The notes: generated by a model not told the origin, from the letters alone. 57,357 nt of DNA from an uncultured Tenacibaculum sp. (GCA_938041625.1 CALISK010000147.1:1-57357); one strand, 5' to 3'. Shown: positions 10,871 to 21,425, counted from the stretch's first letter. A program made the numbers and translations.

Positions 10871-12424
10871 CTAATTAGGAAAATTCGCATTGTAGTTTGT
10901 TATTGTATTAACATTGTTACTGCATGCAGCTGCTGTAGTAGTTTTAATGTTTCTAGTAAAACCACCAGGAAAACCATCAAAATCTTGTCTTAATAATGTT
11001 ACTTTATAGTTTCCGCCAGAAGTACTATTGTTAGTGTTGTCAATGCTTAAGGATACAGAGGGACCATGATATTCAAAACCATTAAACATACTTAAACTTG
11101 TTCCAGGATTTTTTATATCATCAATCCATAAACCACAAGGAATAAATTTAAGATGACCTTGCTTAATTTTAGCACCTCCCTCATTTTGATAGGTAGCTTT
11201 TATATTTGCAACACTAGGATTCATAAAATATCCGGCTTTTAAACCATCACCTAATTGATCTATAACATAAGAATTTCTTGGAGCTAAACTAGCTTCAGAA
11301 GATAATCTTGTAGCCCATTGAGTACCATTATTACGTTTATAAGGATTACCAGATAAAGCAGTACCACTTATATTCGGAAATTGATTTTGTATAAAGGTTT
11401 TAAAAGCTCTTTGCCCTGTTTGAGTTAAAGGAAAACGCTTGTTCTTATCAAATAATTCTAAAAAACCTTTCTCTACTCTAACAGCAAATGCAGATCCTAT
11501 AGAAGATACTTTTTCAATAGTAATCTTCCCGTTTTCAACAAAGTGAGGAGAAAACATAACAGCACATAACCCATTTGTATTTCTTATGTTGTGTGCATAT
11601 ATATCTTTTATACCTCCTTTTTTAGTGTTGTTTTTAAGTTCATCTTTCATTCCCTTGTCATCTGTTTCCATTCTTAAGGTTATACCACCTCTACAGCTAA
11701 GATTTTTGAATAAAATATGCTTTGCATTATAGGTTTGAACAAGTCCGTAGCCAGTGTGGGCTCCAGTTTGGTTAATGTTTTCTATGACTCCATCTTTTGG
11801 ACCAGGTCTGCTTTCTGAAGCTCCAGGTACGTGTACTAATACAATAGAATTTACAGATGATCTTCTATCTTTTATGTTTAGATCACTAACTCTAAAATTA
11901 TCTACTCTACCTATTTTAAGGGCGTTAACATTTTGATTCACAAGATTTGTAGCAGAGATATTGATTGTGAATTTTTTTCCATCTTCACCGCTAATACTAA
12001 CATTTTTAATACGGTTTCCGTTTTTACTAGCTCCAATAGAAAATACACTTCCTCTTGTACCGTCAAAAATAATTTCGGTTCCTTCTTCAATTTCTAAATG
12101 AATGTTGGATTTTAAACTAACTTTATTCCAGTAATACGTTTTTTTTGGAATTTCTATAATTACACCAGCTCCTGTTTCGTCAGAGTTTCTGTTAATTAAT
12201 TGATTTAATTGAGAAACAGTAGTGCCTGTAAATCGTATTCTAGTGGGGGTGGTTGGAGGTGTGTAAAAATTTGAATTTTTAAATTTAGGAGGTATTCTAA
12301 GCGCTAAGTCTGTTTGTGACTCAGTTTTTTTATTAATACTTTCAAGTTCATTTAAATCTTCTGAACAAGATGTTAGAGCTAATACGGATGTTAATAAAAA
12401 GATTTTAGATTTTTTAAATTTCAT
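10871..12424 (-). CDS. cgiA: GH82 iota-carrageenase, lipoprotein
   Basis: Beta-helix sequence with GYGLVQTY, GGITLRMETD (catalytic E/D), MFSPHF, RVEKGFLE; lipobox LTSC. Confidence 0.9.
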   Translation of the reverse strand: MKFKKSKIFLLTSVLALTSCSEDLNELESINKKTESQTDLALRIPPKFKNSNFYTPPTTPTRIRFTGTTVSQLNQLINRNSDETGAGVIIEIPKKTYYWNKVSLKSNIHLEIEEGTEIIFDGTRGSVFSIGASKNGNRIKNVSISGEDGKKFTINISATNLVNQNVNALKIGRVDNFRVSDLNIKDRRSSVNSIVLVHVPGASESRPGPKDGVIENINQTGAHTGYGLVQTYNAKHILFKNLSCRGGITLRMETDDKGMKDELKNNTKKGGIKDIYAHNIRNTNGLCAVMFSPHFVENGKITIEKVSSIGSAFAVRVEKGFLELFDKNKRFPLTQTGQRAFKTFIQNQFPNISGTALSGNPYKRNNGTQWATRLSSEASLAPRNSYVIDQLGDGLKAGYFMNPSVANIKATYQNEGGAKIKQGHLKFIPCGLWIDDIKNPGTSLSMFNGFEYHGPSVSLSIDNTNNSTSGGNYKVTLLRQDFDGFPGGFTRNIKTTTAAACSNNVNTITNYNANFPN

Positions 12425-12463
12425 AATTATTAATAGTTATAGGGTTAATTAAGTTTTCTAAAA

Positions 12464-12530
12464 CAAATTTAAAATGAGTTTAAATTATATGATATAATGA
12501 TATTAACTAATGATAAGTAAATATTACCCG
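12464..12530 (-). promoter_or_regulatory. Motif A tandem repeat plus consensus -7 promoter upstream of GH82 gene 1
   Basis: CGGGTAATATTTAC (12530-12517) and TAGTTAATATCATT (12509-12496), 21 bp apart; TAAATTTG at 12471-12464 after a 24-nt gap. Confidence 0.65.
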
Positions 12531-12698
12531 TTTAATATTTAACCTTTTTATGAAAGTTAAGTTTATATCCTTTTGGTATTAAATATATCTTCAAAATGTG
12601 TATGTTCTATAAAATAGAGTAGTATTGGTTTTTTAAAAAAAATATAGAACCAAGACTAATTCTAATTTTTTTTTTGATAAAGACAAAAGTGAAACTAA

Positions 12699-12729
12699 AA
12701 AATCGATAAGTTTTTCACTTACCGATTTT
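12699..12729 (-). terminator. Probable terminator after GH82 gene 2
   Basis: AAAATCGATAAG...CTTACCGATTTT imperfect stem followed by a T-run on the minus strand. Confidence 0.55.
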
Positions 12730-12736
12730 AATTAAG

Positions 12737-14272
12737 TTAATTATTAGAAGGAATAGGGCAATCTTTAAATGTTACTTTACAGTCTCTTCTACCTTTTATT
12801 TCTTGAGTAGTATTATCAATAGTAACTGTTTTAGGGATTCCTACTGGATACGATTTTAAAATAGATTCATCAACATCTATATCAATATTGTAGCTTCCTG
12901 TAGTTACTAATCCAGTACCCTTTATTGTATTGTCAAATACACCAGCTAATGTGGGTCCATGGAATATTGCATCTTTACCTATTTTGTATCTACAATATTC
13001 TTTGTTTCTTTCTTCACACGGCATATATAATCTATGATTAAAATTCATTTGACTACTATTCCCATAAGTCGTACTATCGTTTGTAATTCGACTATTAGAA
13101 GAAAAAGTTCCAGCTTTAAAACCTGCTTCATTAAATGCGACACTTGCAAATTCAGGTTTTAATCTTGCTACAAAAATTCCTCCTCCTCTTTTGTATATAG
13201 CTCCTACAGAACCAGCTCCATAAGTGTCTTCTATTGTTGCTTTATGATCATCACCTGTAATAGTATTGTTTTCTGCAAAAATTTCGACAAACCCTCTTTC
13301 TATTCTAACAGTAAAAGAACTATTAACAGAACTAATATTGTTGGCCGTTACTTTACCGTTTTTCATAAAATGTGGTGATAACATGAGTGCTGCCAAACCG
13401 TTTCTGTTACTAATATTATTGGCAGAAATGTTTCTAACACCACCTATGTTTGGAACACTTTTATTTTTATTTAAGCTTTTCATTAATCTGTTATCTGTTT
13501 CTATTCTCAATGTAACACCTCCATCACAAGATAAATCCTTAAATAAAACTTTATTAGCTGCATAAGCTTGAATTAATCCATATCCTCTATGTGCTAATTT
13601 TTGGTCAATTTTTTGAATGACTCCACTTTTTGGCCAATTAGGACCATCTACATCGGTTATATCTACTAAAATAGAAGCGAAGACACTAATTTTGTCTTCA
13701 ATAGTAAAGTTTGATATTATAAAATTTTCTACATCTCTTACTGCACAGACAATCATATTTCTGTTTTTGTTATTTTCTCTTAAATCGATTACGAATCCAG
13801 ATCCAACTCCTATTAATCCTGAGTTCTTTATAGCACCAGTTCTATCTCCAAATCCAAAAATTACTTGATTAAATTTTTTACTAATTCCGGCATGTATAAC
13901 GGTACCTTCTTCAATTTCTATTGTAATATTTGATTTCATTACAATATCGGCTAAATAATATTCACCCCTAGGAATGATGATTTTTCCATAATTATCTATA
14001 CCTAAGTTAGTACTCATATTATCTATAGCACTTTGTAATTCTTGACTATCATCATTTTTTAAATTATTAAAATTTATTTCTTTTGTTATCTCAAAGCTCT
14101 CAGGGGCTTTATAAAACTTTGAAACATTAGAATTTACTCTAGATTGTAAATTATCATTAAACTCTAAGTTTTTTTCATTTACTATAATTTCTTCAACGTT
14201 TGAAGAACATCCTATTATAAGAGTTGTTATGAGTGTTAAAGAAAGGTTTTTCAATGTTGTGAATGTTTTCAT
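12737..14272 (-). CDS. cgiA: GH82 iota-carrageenase paralog, lipoprotein
   Basis: GYGLIQAY, GGVTLRIETD, MLSPHF, RIERGFVE; lipobox IIGC. Confidence 0.9.
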   Translation of the reverse strand: MKTFTTLKNLSLTLITTLIIGCSSNVEEIIVNEKNLEFNDNLQSRVNSNVSKFYKAPESFEITKEINFNNLKNDDSQELQSAIDNMSTNLGIDNYGKIIIPRGEYYLADIVMKSNITIEIEEGTVIHAGISKKFNQVIFGFGDRTGAIKNSGLIGVGSGFVIDLRENNKNRNMIVCAVRDVENFIISNFTIEDKISVFASILVDITDVDGPNWPKSGVIQKIDQKLAHRGYGLIQAYAANKVLFKDLSCDGGVTLRIETDNRLMKSLNKNKSVPNIGGVRNISANNISNRNGLAALMLSPHFMKNGKVTANNISSVNSSFTVRIERGFVEIFAENNTITGDDHKATIEDTYGAGSVGAIYKRGGGIFVARLKPEFASVAFNEAGFKAGTFSSNSRITNDSTTYGNSSQMNFNHRLYMPCEERNKEYCRYKIGKDAIFHGPTLAGVFDNTIKGTGLVTTGSYNIDIDVDESILKSYPVGIPKTVTIDNTTQEIKGRRDCKVTFKDCPIPSNN

Positions 14273-14362
14273 TTTACTTTTGTTTTAATTTTAGGTTAAT
14301 TATTGAGGTTTTAAGCTGTTGTTTATGAGTGCAATAAAGGACATGAAATTAATTCTAAGTAA

Positions 14363-14397
14363 ATTAATATTACCTTATGTTTATCTTATTTTATCCT
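14363..14397 (-). promoter_or_regulatory. Motif A tandem repeat upstream of GH82 gene 2
   Basis: AGGATAAAATAAGA (14397-14384) and AAGGTAATATTAAT (14376-14363), 21 bp apart; only a weak -7 match downstream. Confidence 0.55.
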
Positions 14398-14589
14398 GTT
14401 TTTAGATGTAATTTAAACTCTTTGTTTTTTAATAATAATTTTTTAAGATAAAACCTAGTTTAGCTATCTTCTTTAATGTATTAAACTGTTAGTTTTTATT
14501 TGAATTAGTCTAAAAAAACGAATTTTTTTCTCAAAAGATATTATGAAAAAGTGTAGATGTTTGATTGTAAGGAAATCATTTTCTCTAAT

Positions 14590-14630
14590 TATAAACAAAG
14601 GCTCAGATTTAATCTGAGCCTTTGTTTATA
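14590..14630 (-). terminator. Terminator after the susC2-susD2-lipoprotein operon
   Basis: 20-bp perfect inverted repeat TATAAACAAAGGCTCAGATT-t-AATCTGAGCCTTTGTTTATA. Confidence 0.8.
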
Positions 14631-14669
14631 CCTTATATATTATAAATAAGATAGTCTTGAATAGTTATA

Positions 14670-16244
14670 CTATGGACGTAATTGTATTTCTCTTAAAGTT
14701 AAATCATCCATATAAAATTTAACAGGAGAACTGTTAAATTCATTCCATCCTCTAATTGTTAGTGTTTTATCTCCTGTTTGGTTAAATTTCACAAAAATGG
14801 AAGTATATACCCATTCGCCAGAAACAAAGCCAGGAGTAAATTCAGGATTAGGTCCTACGCCCCAATCTGTATCTGGAAACCAATACATTCTTATATCAGG
14901 TGTGAATGTAGCGTCTGGAGTTCCTCTGTCTATTAAATATGTCCAAACTCCCATTTCGTAATCTTTGCCAGCTTCAGCGAAAAAGGTGATATCATCACCA
15001 GTATTGGTTTTACCGCCAAGTACCATACCTCCATTAGAACTATATTCAATATAAATACTTTTATTCCCAGTTTTTGCTTGTACTGAAGAAACATCACTAT
15101 TAAAAAGAGCCCATATACCTCCCCAACCAGCATCTTTCCAGTTATCATTTGTACTATTTTCAAAACTATAATCCATATTAGATTTAGTATCAAAAATATT
15201 TTCTATTCTTTCAAACCCAACTTCCGTTAAAGGGATAGCGTCAGATTTTACTTGGTCTGATGTAGAAAGAAGCCCAGGAGTGTATGAAATGTTAACTTTG
15301 TCGTCTCTGTAAATGGTTTCGTTTAAGGTAATTAAAACAATATTAGGAGAGTCAACATCAAGGCTAATATCTGTAATGTTTACAGGGATAGAAGTTCCTT
15401 TATTCTCTAAATTTACAATAAAATCACTTGAATCTAATGATGCAGGGTCCATACCTCTACTAAACTCTAATCCAATTTTACCATTTCTTTCATTAACAGC
15501 TTTTAAGATTACTGGTTCTGTAGAAGGAATAACTTTGATTAAACTCTTTAGAGAAATAGTGTCTCCTCCAAAAGGTCTATTTCGACTGGCTATGAACTTT
15601 AAGTCATGATCGCCTAAGTTAATATATGTTACATCAATGTTTGTATCTGTAGTAGTAGAAGTAGCAGGAGATCCACCATTGATAGCCCAATTAAAAATAA
15701 GAGGTTCTCCATCTACAGTATAGGAAAAGCGCACTTTTTTACTTGCAATTACTTCGTTTTTAGCATTCTCTTTTATAATAAGAGCATCTCCTAAAGTACC
15801 ATCTTCATTTAAATAATTTGCTTTTAAATCGATATTAACTTTAGGCAATACACGAACAACAATGGTTGTATCTGCAGTATTAGACCCTGTAGTCTTTCCT
15901 TTAGAGTATATTTCACCTTTAAAGATTTGAGATAAGGTAACATTATAATTTCCAGGGCGATTAAAAAAAGCTTTTACTATTGGTTCTTCGGATGTTTTAT
16001 CGTTATCTGCCCCAGCAATATCTACAACATTGTCAGGAAATGTCCACATTCGAGACACTACTCCAGCAGAACCATCTCCAAAATCAATATCTTCATTTGG
16101 GTTTACTCTATTTTGAACAGGTGATTCAGAAGTGAATATAGCTCTTTCGTTAGGCTCTATAAGTACAGTCTCCTTTTCTTCACATTGTATAAAACAAATT
16201 GAACAAAAAAGAACTGTAAAAATTATGTATTTTAAGTTTTTCAT
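14670..16244 (-). CDS. Surface glycan-binding lipoprotein (two PKD-like domains, SwmB-like domain, C-terminal CBM-like beta-sandwich)
   Basis: Lipobox FIQC followed by an acidic stretch; WTFP..PGNYNVTL and WAINGGSP PKD-like segments; YSFE...AKTGNKS...FYMDDLTL CBM4/16-like signature; SusE position. Confidence 0.7.
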   Translation of the reverse strand: MKNLKYIIFTVLFCSICFIQCEEKETVLIEPNERAIFTSESPVQNRVNPNEDIDFGDGSAGVVSRMWTFPDNVVDIAGADNDKTSEEPIVKAFFNRPGNYNVTLSQIFKGEIYSKGKTTGSNTADTTIVVRVLPKVNIDLKANYLNEDGTLGDALIIKENAKNEVIASKKVRFSYTVDGEPLIFNWAINGGSPATSTTTDTNIDVTYINLGDHDLKFIASRNRPFGGDTISLKSLIKVIPSTEPVILKAVNERNGKIGLEFSRGMDPASLDSSDFIVNLENKGTSIPVNITDISLDVDSPNIVLITLNETIYRDDKVNISYTPGLLSTSDQVKSDAIPLTEVGFERIENIFDTKSNMDYSFENSTNDNWKDAGWGGIWALFNSDVSSVQAKTGNKSIYIEYSSNGGMVLGGKTNTGDDITFFAEAGKDYEMGVWTYLIDRGTPDATFTPDIRMYWFPDTDWGVGPNPEFTPGFVSGEWVYTSIFVKFNQTGDKTLTIRGWNEFNSSPVKFYMDDLTLREIQLRP

Positions 16245-16245
16245 C

Positions 16246-18012
16246 TTAATTATCAGTTATTAAATTACCATTTGTTTGAACTTCGCCAGTTGGTATTGGT
16301 AAGTAATCATGTTGAGAAGGAGTATAAGACCTATTTGTAACTGTAAAATCGGGTCTTATTCTAGTTACTATAAATAAAGGGGCTACCCCTCCATTATTTA
16401 CATCTAAAGTTGTTTCTTTATTTGTTTCTCTCCAAGTTTCGTCTGAAGCTAATTCACTAAATATATCTTTTTTAATACCCCATCTAACTAAGTCTTTATT
16501 TCTATAACCTTCAAAGCAAAGTTCAGAAGGTCTTTCAACTCTTCTTAAATGAGTCATTATATTTTCTGTATTTAAAACTACCATAGGTTGTGTGCCATGC
16601 ACTTGAATACTCACATGTAGTTGAGGAAACATACCTCCATTATTATCCATGTAATCTTGTAAGGTAATAACTCCAGCACGACTTCTTACCATATCTATAT
16701 AACGAACAGCTTTTCCTGTATCTCCAGAGTCATTTAATACTGCTTCAGCATACATAAGGTAAACATCTGCTAATCTAATAGCTCTAAAATTAATAGGAGA
16801 TCTGCCACCAAACTCTATCGTCGATTCATTTTCTTTATGATACCATTCAGAATGTTTTTTAACATATGCAGAGTGCCCAAATCCCCATCCAGGTAAATCT
16901 TGATAGTTTTCAGTATAATAAAGACCTTCTCCATTTCTAGGCGCAATTGTTGCATTTAATCTATTAGAATGAACTAGACCTCCATTAAGTTTAGATGCAT
17001 TAATAGGATTATTAGGATCTATGACATCATTAATTAACATTTCATGTAAATAATAGGAAGATAAAACAACACTCCATCCTCCACGTGCAAAATGTCCTAC
17101 AGCACGAGCTAAACTAGTAGATTCAGAACCATTGTTATTAGGTACATCATCTATCTCATCACCGCTAATACCTGGCCCAGATACATCTTCAAAAGCTATT
17201 TCAAAAATAGATTCAGAATTAAACTCGGTGTCATGCCTAAAGTTGTCCATAATTTCTGGAGTTAAAGAATAAATATTAGAATTTATTACTTCTTCAAAGC
17301 TTTTAGAAGCCATTGTCCACTCCTCATTATACAAATAAGCTTTTCCCAAAAGAGAAGTAGCGGCTCCCCAAGTAACGCGACCTAAATTGTCTCCATCCCA
17401 ATTTTGAGGTAAATTTGTTTTTGCATATTCTAAATCAGGCTTAATTACATTTTCTAAAATTTCTTCTTTGGTAGATAAATCTTTATTAAATTCTCCTACT
17501 TTGGGAACAGTTGTATGAATAATACCTTTACCATAACTATGAGCAATTTCAAAATAAAAGAATGCTCTTAAAAAACGAGCTTGTGCTATCATTGAAACTT
17601 TACTATTACCCGAAAAGATAACACTAGGATCTGCGGATTGAATTTGGCCAATCAATTGATTAGCTCTAAATATACCAATATATGCAGCATTCCATTTATT
17701 AGTTACATATGAGCTAGCATCATTATATGTTAAGTTTCTAAAATCATAATGAGGTCTATGCCAATTTTCAGTACCTGCTATATCAGATAAAAGCATCTCA
17801 TTAGCTAAGGTAGAACCACTTAAAGATTGAAATTGTAAGGCTCCATAAACTGTTGTTAATGCAGAATTAAATTGTTCTTGAGTTTTCCAAAAAGTATCTG
17901 CAGTAAGAGTATTTGGATTAACTTCTTTTAAAAACTCATCTTCATCGCAACTAACAAGAGATATCACTAAAATTAGTAACGATAATAAACGTTTATTTTT
18001 TAATTTTTTCAT
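16246..18012 (-). CDS. susD: SusD/RagB glycan-binding lipoprotein
   Basis: Lipobox LVSC; ARFLRAFFYF, IRLADVYLMYAEA, ELCFEG, YLPIP motifs. Confidence 0.95.
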   Translation of the reverse strand: MKKLKNKRLLSLLILVISLVSCDEDEFLKEVNPNTLTADTFWKTQEQFNSALTTVYGALQFQSLSGSTLANEMLLSDIAGTENWHRPHYDFRNLTYNDASSYVTNKWNAAYIGIFRANQLIGQIQSADPSVIFSGNSKVSMIAQARFLRAFFYFEIAHSYGKGIIHTTVPKVGEFNKDLSTKEEILENVIKPDLEYAKTNLPQNWDGDNLGRVTWGAATSLLGKAYLYNEEWTMASKSFEEVINSNIYSLTPEIMDNFRHDTEFNSESIFEIAFEDVSGPGISGDEIDDVPNNNGSESTSLARAVGHFARGGWSVVLSSYYLHEMLINDVIDPNNPINASKLNGGLVHSNRLNATIAPRNGEGLYYTENYQDLPGWGFGHSAYVKKHSEWYHKENESTIEFGGRSPINFRAIRLADVYLMYAEAVLNDSGDTGKAVRYIDMVRSRAGVITLQDYMDNNGGMFPQLHVSIQVHGTQPMVVLNTENIMTHLRRVERPSELCFEGYRNKDLVRWGIKKDIFSELASDETWRETNKETTLDVNNGGVAPLFIVTRIRPDFTVTNRSYTPSQHDYLPIPTGEVQTNGNLITDN

Positions 18013-18026
18013 GATTATTAATTTTA

Positions 18027-21000
18027 TTAAAAGCTTAATTGAACACCTAAAGAGAACTGCCTAGTAAATGGATAATCTCCACGATCAACTCCTCTAGTAA
18101 AAATACCATCACCACCAACTTCAGGATCGAAACCTGTATATGACGTGAATGTAAATGGATTAACAGAAGATAAATAGACTCTAGCTTTATCAATTCCTGA
18201 TTCTTTTAAACCAGGAATGGTATATCCTAACGTTATATTTCTTATTCTCCAATAGTCCCCATTTTCTAAAAAATAATCAGACCTAGATCTAAAATTATTT
18301 GTTCTATTTGTTGGAATATTTGATTCTGGATTTTGAGGAGACCACATAGTAAATAAATCGGTATGTCTCCCTCTTCTGTATGCACTATGTTTAGCTCCAT
18401 TGTATATTTCTGCTCCTTGAGAAATATAATTTTGAACATATAGGTCAAAATTTTTATACTCGAAATTAAAGTCTAATCCAATTTCAAAATCTGCTTGACC
18501 AGACCCTTTGTAAACTCGATCATTATCATCTATTAGGTTATCACCATTTCGATCTATAAAAGATAAATCTCCTAATTGAGCACTAGCATCTATAAGTCGA
18601 TATTCGTCAAGTTTTTCTTGTGTTTTGATGACACCTTCAGTTTCTACTAAAAAGAAAGCACCAGCTTCTCTACCAACTGCTAAGAAAGTTGTAAAGTCTA
18701 CACCTGATAAAGTTAAAGAAGGAGTCCCATTTGCAAATCCTCTTTCTACTCCATTTAAGTTGGTAACTTCATTCTTATTACTTGTAAAAGTAGAAGAGAT
18801 ATTGTATTTTAAACCAAAGTTTGTTTCATCTTTGTATGATAATGCTAATTCAACACCTCGGTTAACCATATCTCCAGCATTAATAACTAAAACATTAAAG
18901 ACACCTAAACCACGAGGGACTGAAGTACCTGTAGATGGGGGTAATCTTTGAGGAAGAAGCATATCTGTTCTTTCATTCTCATAATAGTCTGCTGTTAAAG
19001 ATAATTTATTATCTAAGAAAGAAGCATCAATACCAATACCTCTTGATATTTTTGTTTCCCATCGAATATTTTCATCTACGAAACGTCTTTGATTAAATCC
19101 AAAACTCAAACTTTCATTTGGTCCAAATGGATAATTAACGCCAGATTCAATTAATGGGGTAAAAAGATAGTTTGGAATATTTTGACTTCCAATTTCTGCC
19201 CAATTTGCTCTTAATTTTAAGTTATTAATAAATGTTATATCTTTAAAAAAATTCTCTTCATGAATATTCCACCCTGCTGAAAATCCAAAGAAATTACCAA
19301 ATCTGTTTTTTTCAGAAAACCTAGAAGAACCATCTCTTCTAATACTAGCTGAAAAAAGATACTTATCGTCATAATTATATTGGGCTCTAAATAATTTACC
19401 TGTTAATGTATTTCTATTTATTATCTCAGTAGGTCTTTTTGCTTCAGCTCCAGCACTTAAAACTTGAACATCATTACTTGCAGTTTTATCGAAAATTACA
19501 CCAACATTAGTGTTGTTAGCTTCTTGCTCTTCATATGAAAGAACCCCTGTAAATTTAAGGTTATGTTTTCCTAAATCAACATTATAACTTAAAACAGATT
19601 CTATAGTTTCTCTTTTATCAGATGTGAAAAACTTATCTAAAAAAGCATTAGGCCTTGATGAGTTTGCACTAAATTGATTTAAAGAATCAAATATGAGAAT
19701 TTGCGGTCTGAACCATTTTCTTTCAAAATTCCAAGTATTTCTTCCTAAATTTACTTTTAAATCTAATCCTTTTAATATTTCATAACTAAAATTCAAAGCT
19801 AAATTAGTTGAGTTAATTTCTCTATTATCAACATTATCTAATTGATTTGTTAAAAAACTAAAAGTTTCAACATTTCTAACAGGTAATTGTAAAGAGTTTT
19901 CACCTGTAGATTGTGCTCTTACTTGTTTGATACTAGGTTGCCAAGGTAATTGAGCTGCTGCATATTCAAATAAAGCAAAAGGTTCTTCTTTTCTATTTTC
20001 TTGAGTGATTCCTACGGCACCGAATGCTTTAAATTTCCCTTTTACATATTCAGCAGATAATCTATTTGCTATTCTTCTAAAACTAGATTTAATAAGAACT
20101 CCTTCTTGATCAAAATAAGAAGTATTCATATTTACTTTTAAATTTTCAGTACCTCCATTTAAGTTTAAACTGATACTTTGTAGTAAAGCATTATTATTTT
20201 GAACTTCATCAACAAAATCAGAATCAAAGTCTAAAGCATTTGGATTAAAATTAAAAATTAAAGGAACATCATTGTTCGCAGCTGATCTGGTAACCTCAGC
20301 AAAAAGTTGTTGTCTGGTGTTCATTAAAGAAAGATCAGAAGTAATATTTTGAACACCAGTATATGCATTTAAATCTATTTTCATTCTTCCATTTTTCCCT
20401 CTTTTAGTAGTTATTAAGATAACTCCATTAGCCCCTCTAACACCATAAACAGAAGTAGATGCTCCATCTTTTAAAACATCTATAGATTCAATTTGTTCTG
20501 GAGCTATGTTAGGATTGTTAGTATATGGTATACCATCTACTATAAATAAAGGGTTAGAGCCTCCTGAATTTACAGAACCCAAACCTCTAATCTGAATATT
20601 TGATGTTTCTCCAGGTCTAGCACTAGAAGATTGAATATTAACCCCAGCAATTTTACCTTGTAAAGCACTACCTACATCAGCAACAGCCAATTTAGTTATA
20701 TCTTCAGCATCTACATGTGCAACAGCTCCTGTTACTTCTTTAATACGTTGTTTACCATAACCAACAACTACAACTTCGTCTAACACATCTGCTGTTGGAT
20801 TTAATTTTATATTAATTTTTAAGGTAGTTGAAACTATAACTTCTTTGGGCTTATATCCAAGAAAGTTAAAAACTAAAACATCATTAGTTTTAACGTTTAT
20901 TTGATATAGACCATCAAAATCAGTTTCTATACCTCTTGCTGTTCCTTTAATAAAAACACTAGCTCCTGGTAAAGGTTCGTTATTCTCATCTACTACTTTA

Positions 21001-21107
21001 CCACTAATGGTTAAGGTTTGAGCTTCTAAAAAACTACAAAAGGACAGAAAAAGGAGTGTAATTATTAGGTGTTTTTTGTAATGATGATATCGCAAAATTA
21101 CATTCAT
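18027..21107 (-). CDS. susC: SusC/RagA TonB-dependent transporter
   Basis: LKDGASTSVYGVRGANGVILITTKRG plug motif; GFDPEVG; C-terminal Phe. Confidence 0.96.
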   Translation of the reverse strand: MNVILRYHHYKKHLIITLLFLSFCSFLEAQTLTISGKVVDENNEPLPGASVFIKGTARGIETDFDGLYQINVKTNDVLVFNFLGYKPKEVIVSTTLKINIKLNPTADVLDEVVVVGYGKQRIKEVTGAVAHVDAEDITKLAVADVGSALQGKIAGVNIQSSSARPGETSNIQIRGLGSVNSGGSNPLFIVDGIPYTNNPNIAPEQIESIDVLKDGASTSVYGVRGANGVILITTKRGKNGRMKIDLNAYTGVQNITSDLSLMNTRQQLFAEVTRSAANNDVPLIFNFNPNALDFDSDFVDEVQNNNALLQSISLNLNGGTENLKVNMNTSYFDQEGVLIKSSFRRIANRLSAEYVKGKFKAFGAVGITQENRKEEPFALFEYAAAQLPWQPSIKQVRAQSTGENSLQLPVRNVETFSFLTNQLDNVDNREINSTNLALNFSYEILKGLDLKVNLGRNTWNFERKWFRPQILIFDSLNQFSANSSRPNAFLDKFFTSDKRETIESVLSYNVDLGKHNLKFTGVLSYEEQEANNTNVGVIFDKTASNDVQVLSAGAEAKRPTEIINRNTLTGKLFRAQYNYDDKYLFSASIRRDGSSRFSEKNRFGNFFGFSAGWNIHEENFFKDITFINNLKLRANWAEIGSQNIPNYLFTPLIESGVNYPFGPNESLSFGFNQRRFVDENIRWETKISRGIGIDASFLDNKLSLTADYYENERTDMLLPQRLPPSTGTSVPRGLGVFNVLVINAGDMVNRGVELALSYKDETNFGLKYNISSTFTSNKNEVTNLNGVERGFANGTPSLTLSGVDFTTFLAVGREAGAFFLVETEGVIKTQEKLDEYRLIDASAQLGDLSFIDRNGDNLIDDNDRVYKGSGQADFEIGLDFNFEYKNFDLYVQNYISQGAEIYNGAKHSAYRRGRHTDLFTMWSPQNPESNIPTNRTNNFRSRSDYFLENGDYWRIRNITLGYTIPGLKESGIDKARVYLSSVNPFTFTSYTGFDPEVGGDGIFTRGVDRGDYPFTRQFSLGVQLSF

Positions 21108-21136
21108 GTTTTTATGATTTTAATGGTTACAATTAC

Positions 21137-21195
21137 CAAATATTATTAATTTATCAATAGATGCTTGAGAAAGTAACTTGACATGAACTTGACAA
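21137..21195 (-). promoter_or_regulatory. Motif B direct repeat upstream of susC2
   Basis: TTGTCAAGTTCATGTCAAGT (21195-21176; TGTCAAGT twice, 11 bp apart); AATATTTG -7-like element at 21144-21137. Confidence 0.65.
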
Positions 21196-21425
21196 TAACG
21201 TTTTAGTTTATTCAAATTTGCCTATAAGTTAATAAAATAGGGGCTTCTCTTATAATGTTGAGTATTTAATTTTTTAACATTAATTTTTACTTTAAGTAAT
21301 TTTTAAGGTGTTTTTTTGCTTTTTATTTAACATTTAGAGAACAGAATTATTTATATAAGTGTTGTTAAATACATACTATTAAGAAAGTAAATGAAGAGCT
21401 TTAATTGAATTGTATTTATAACTGC

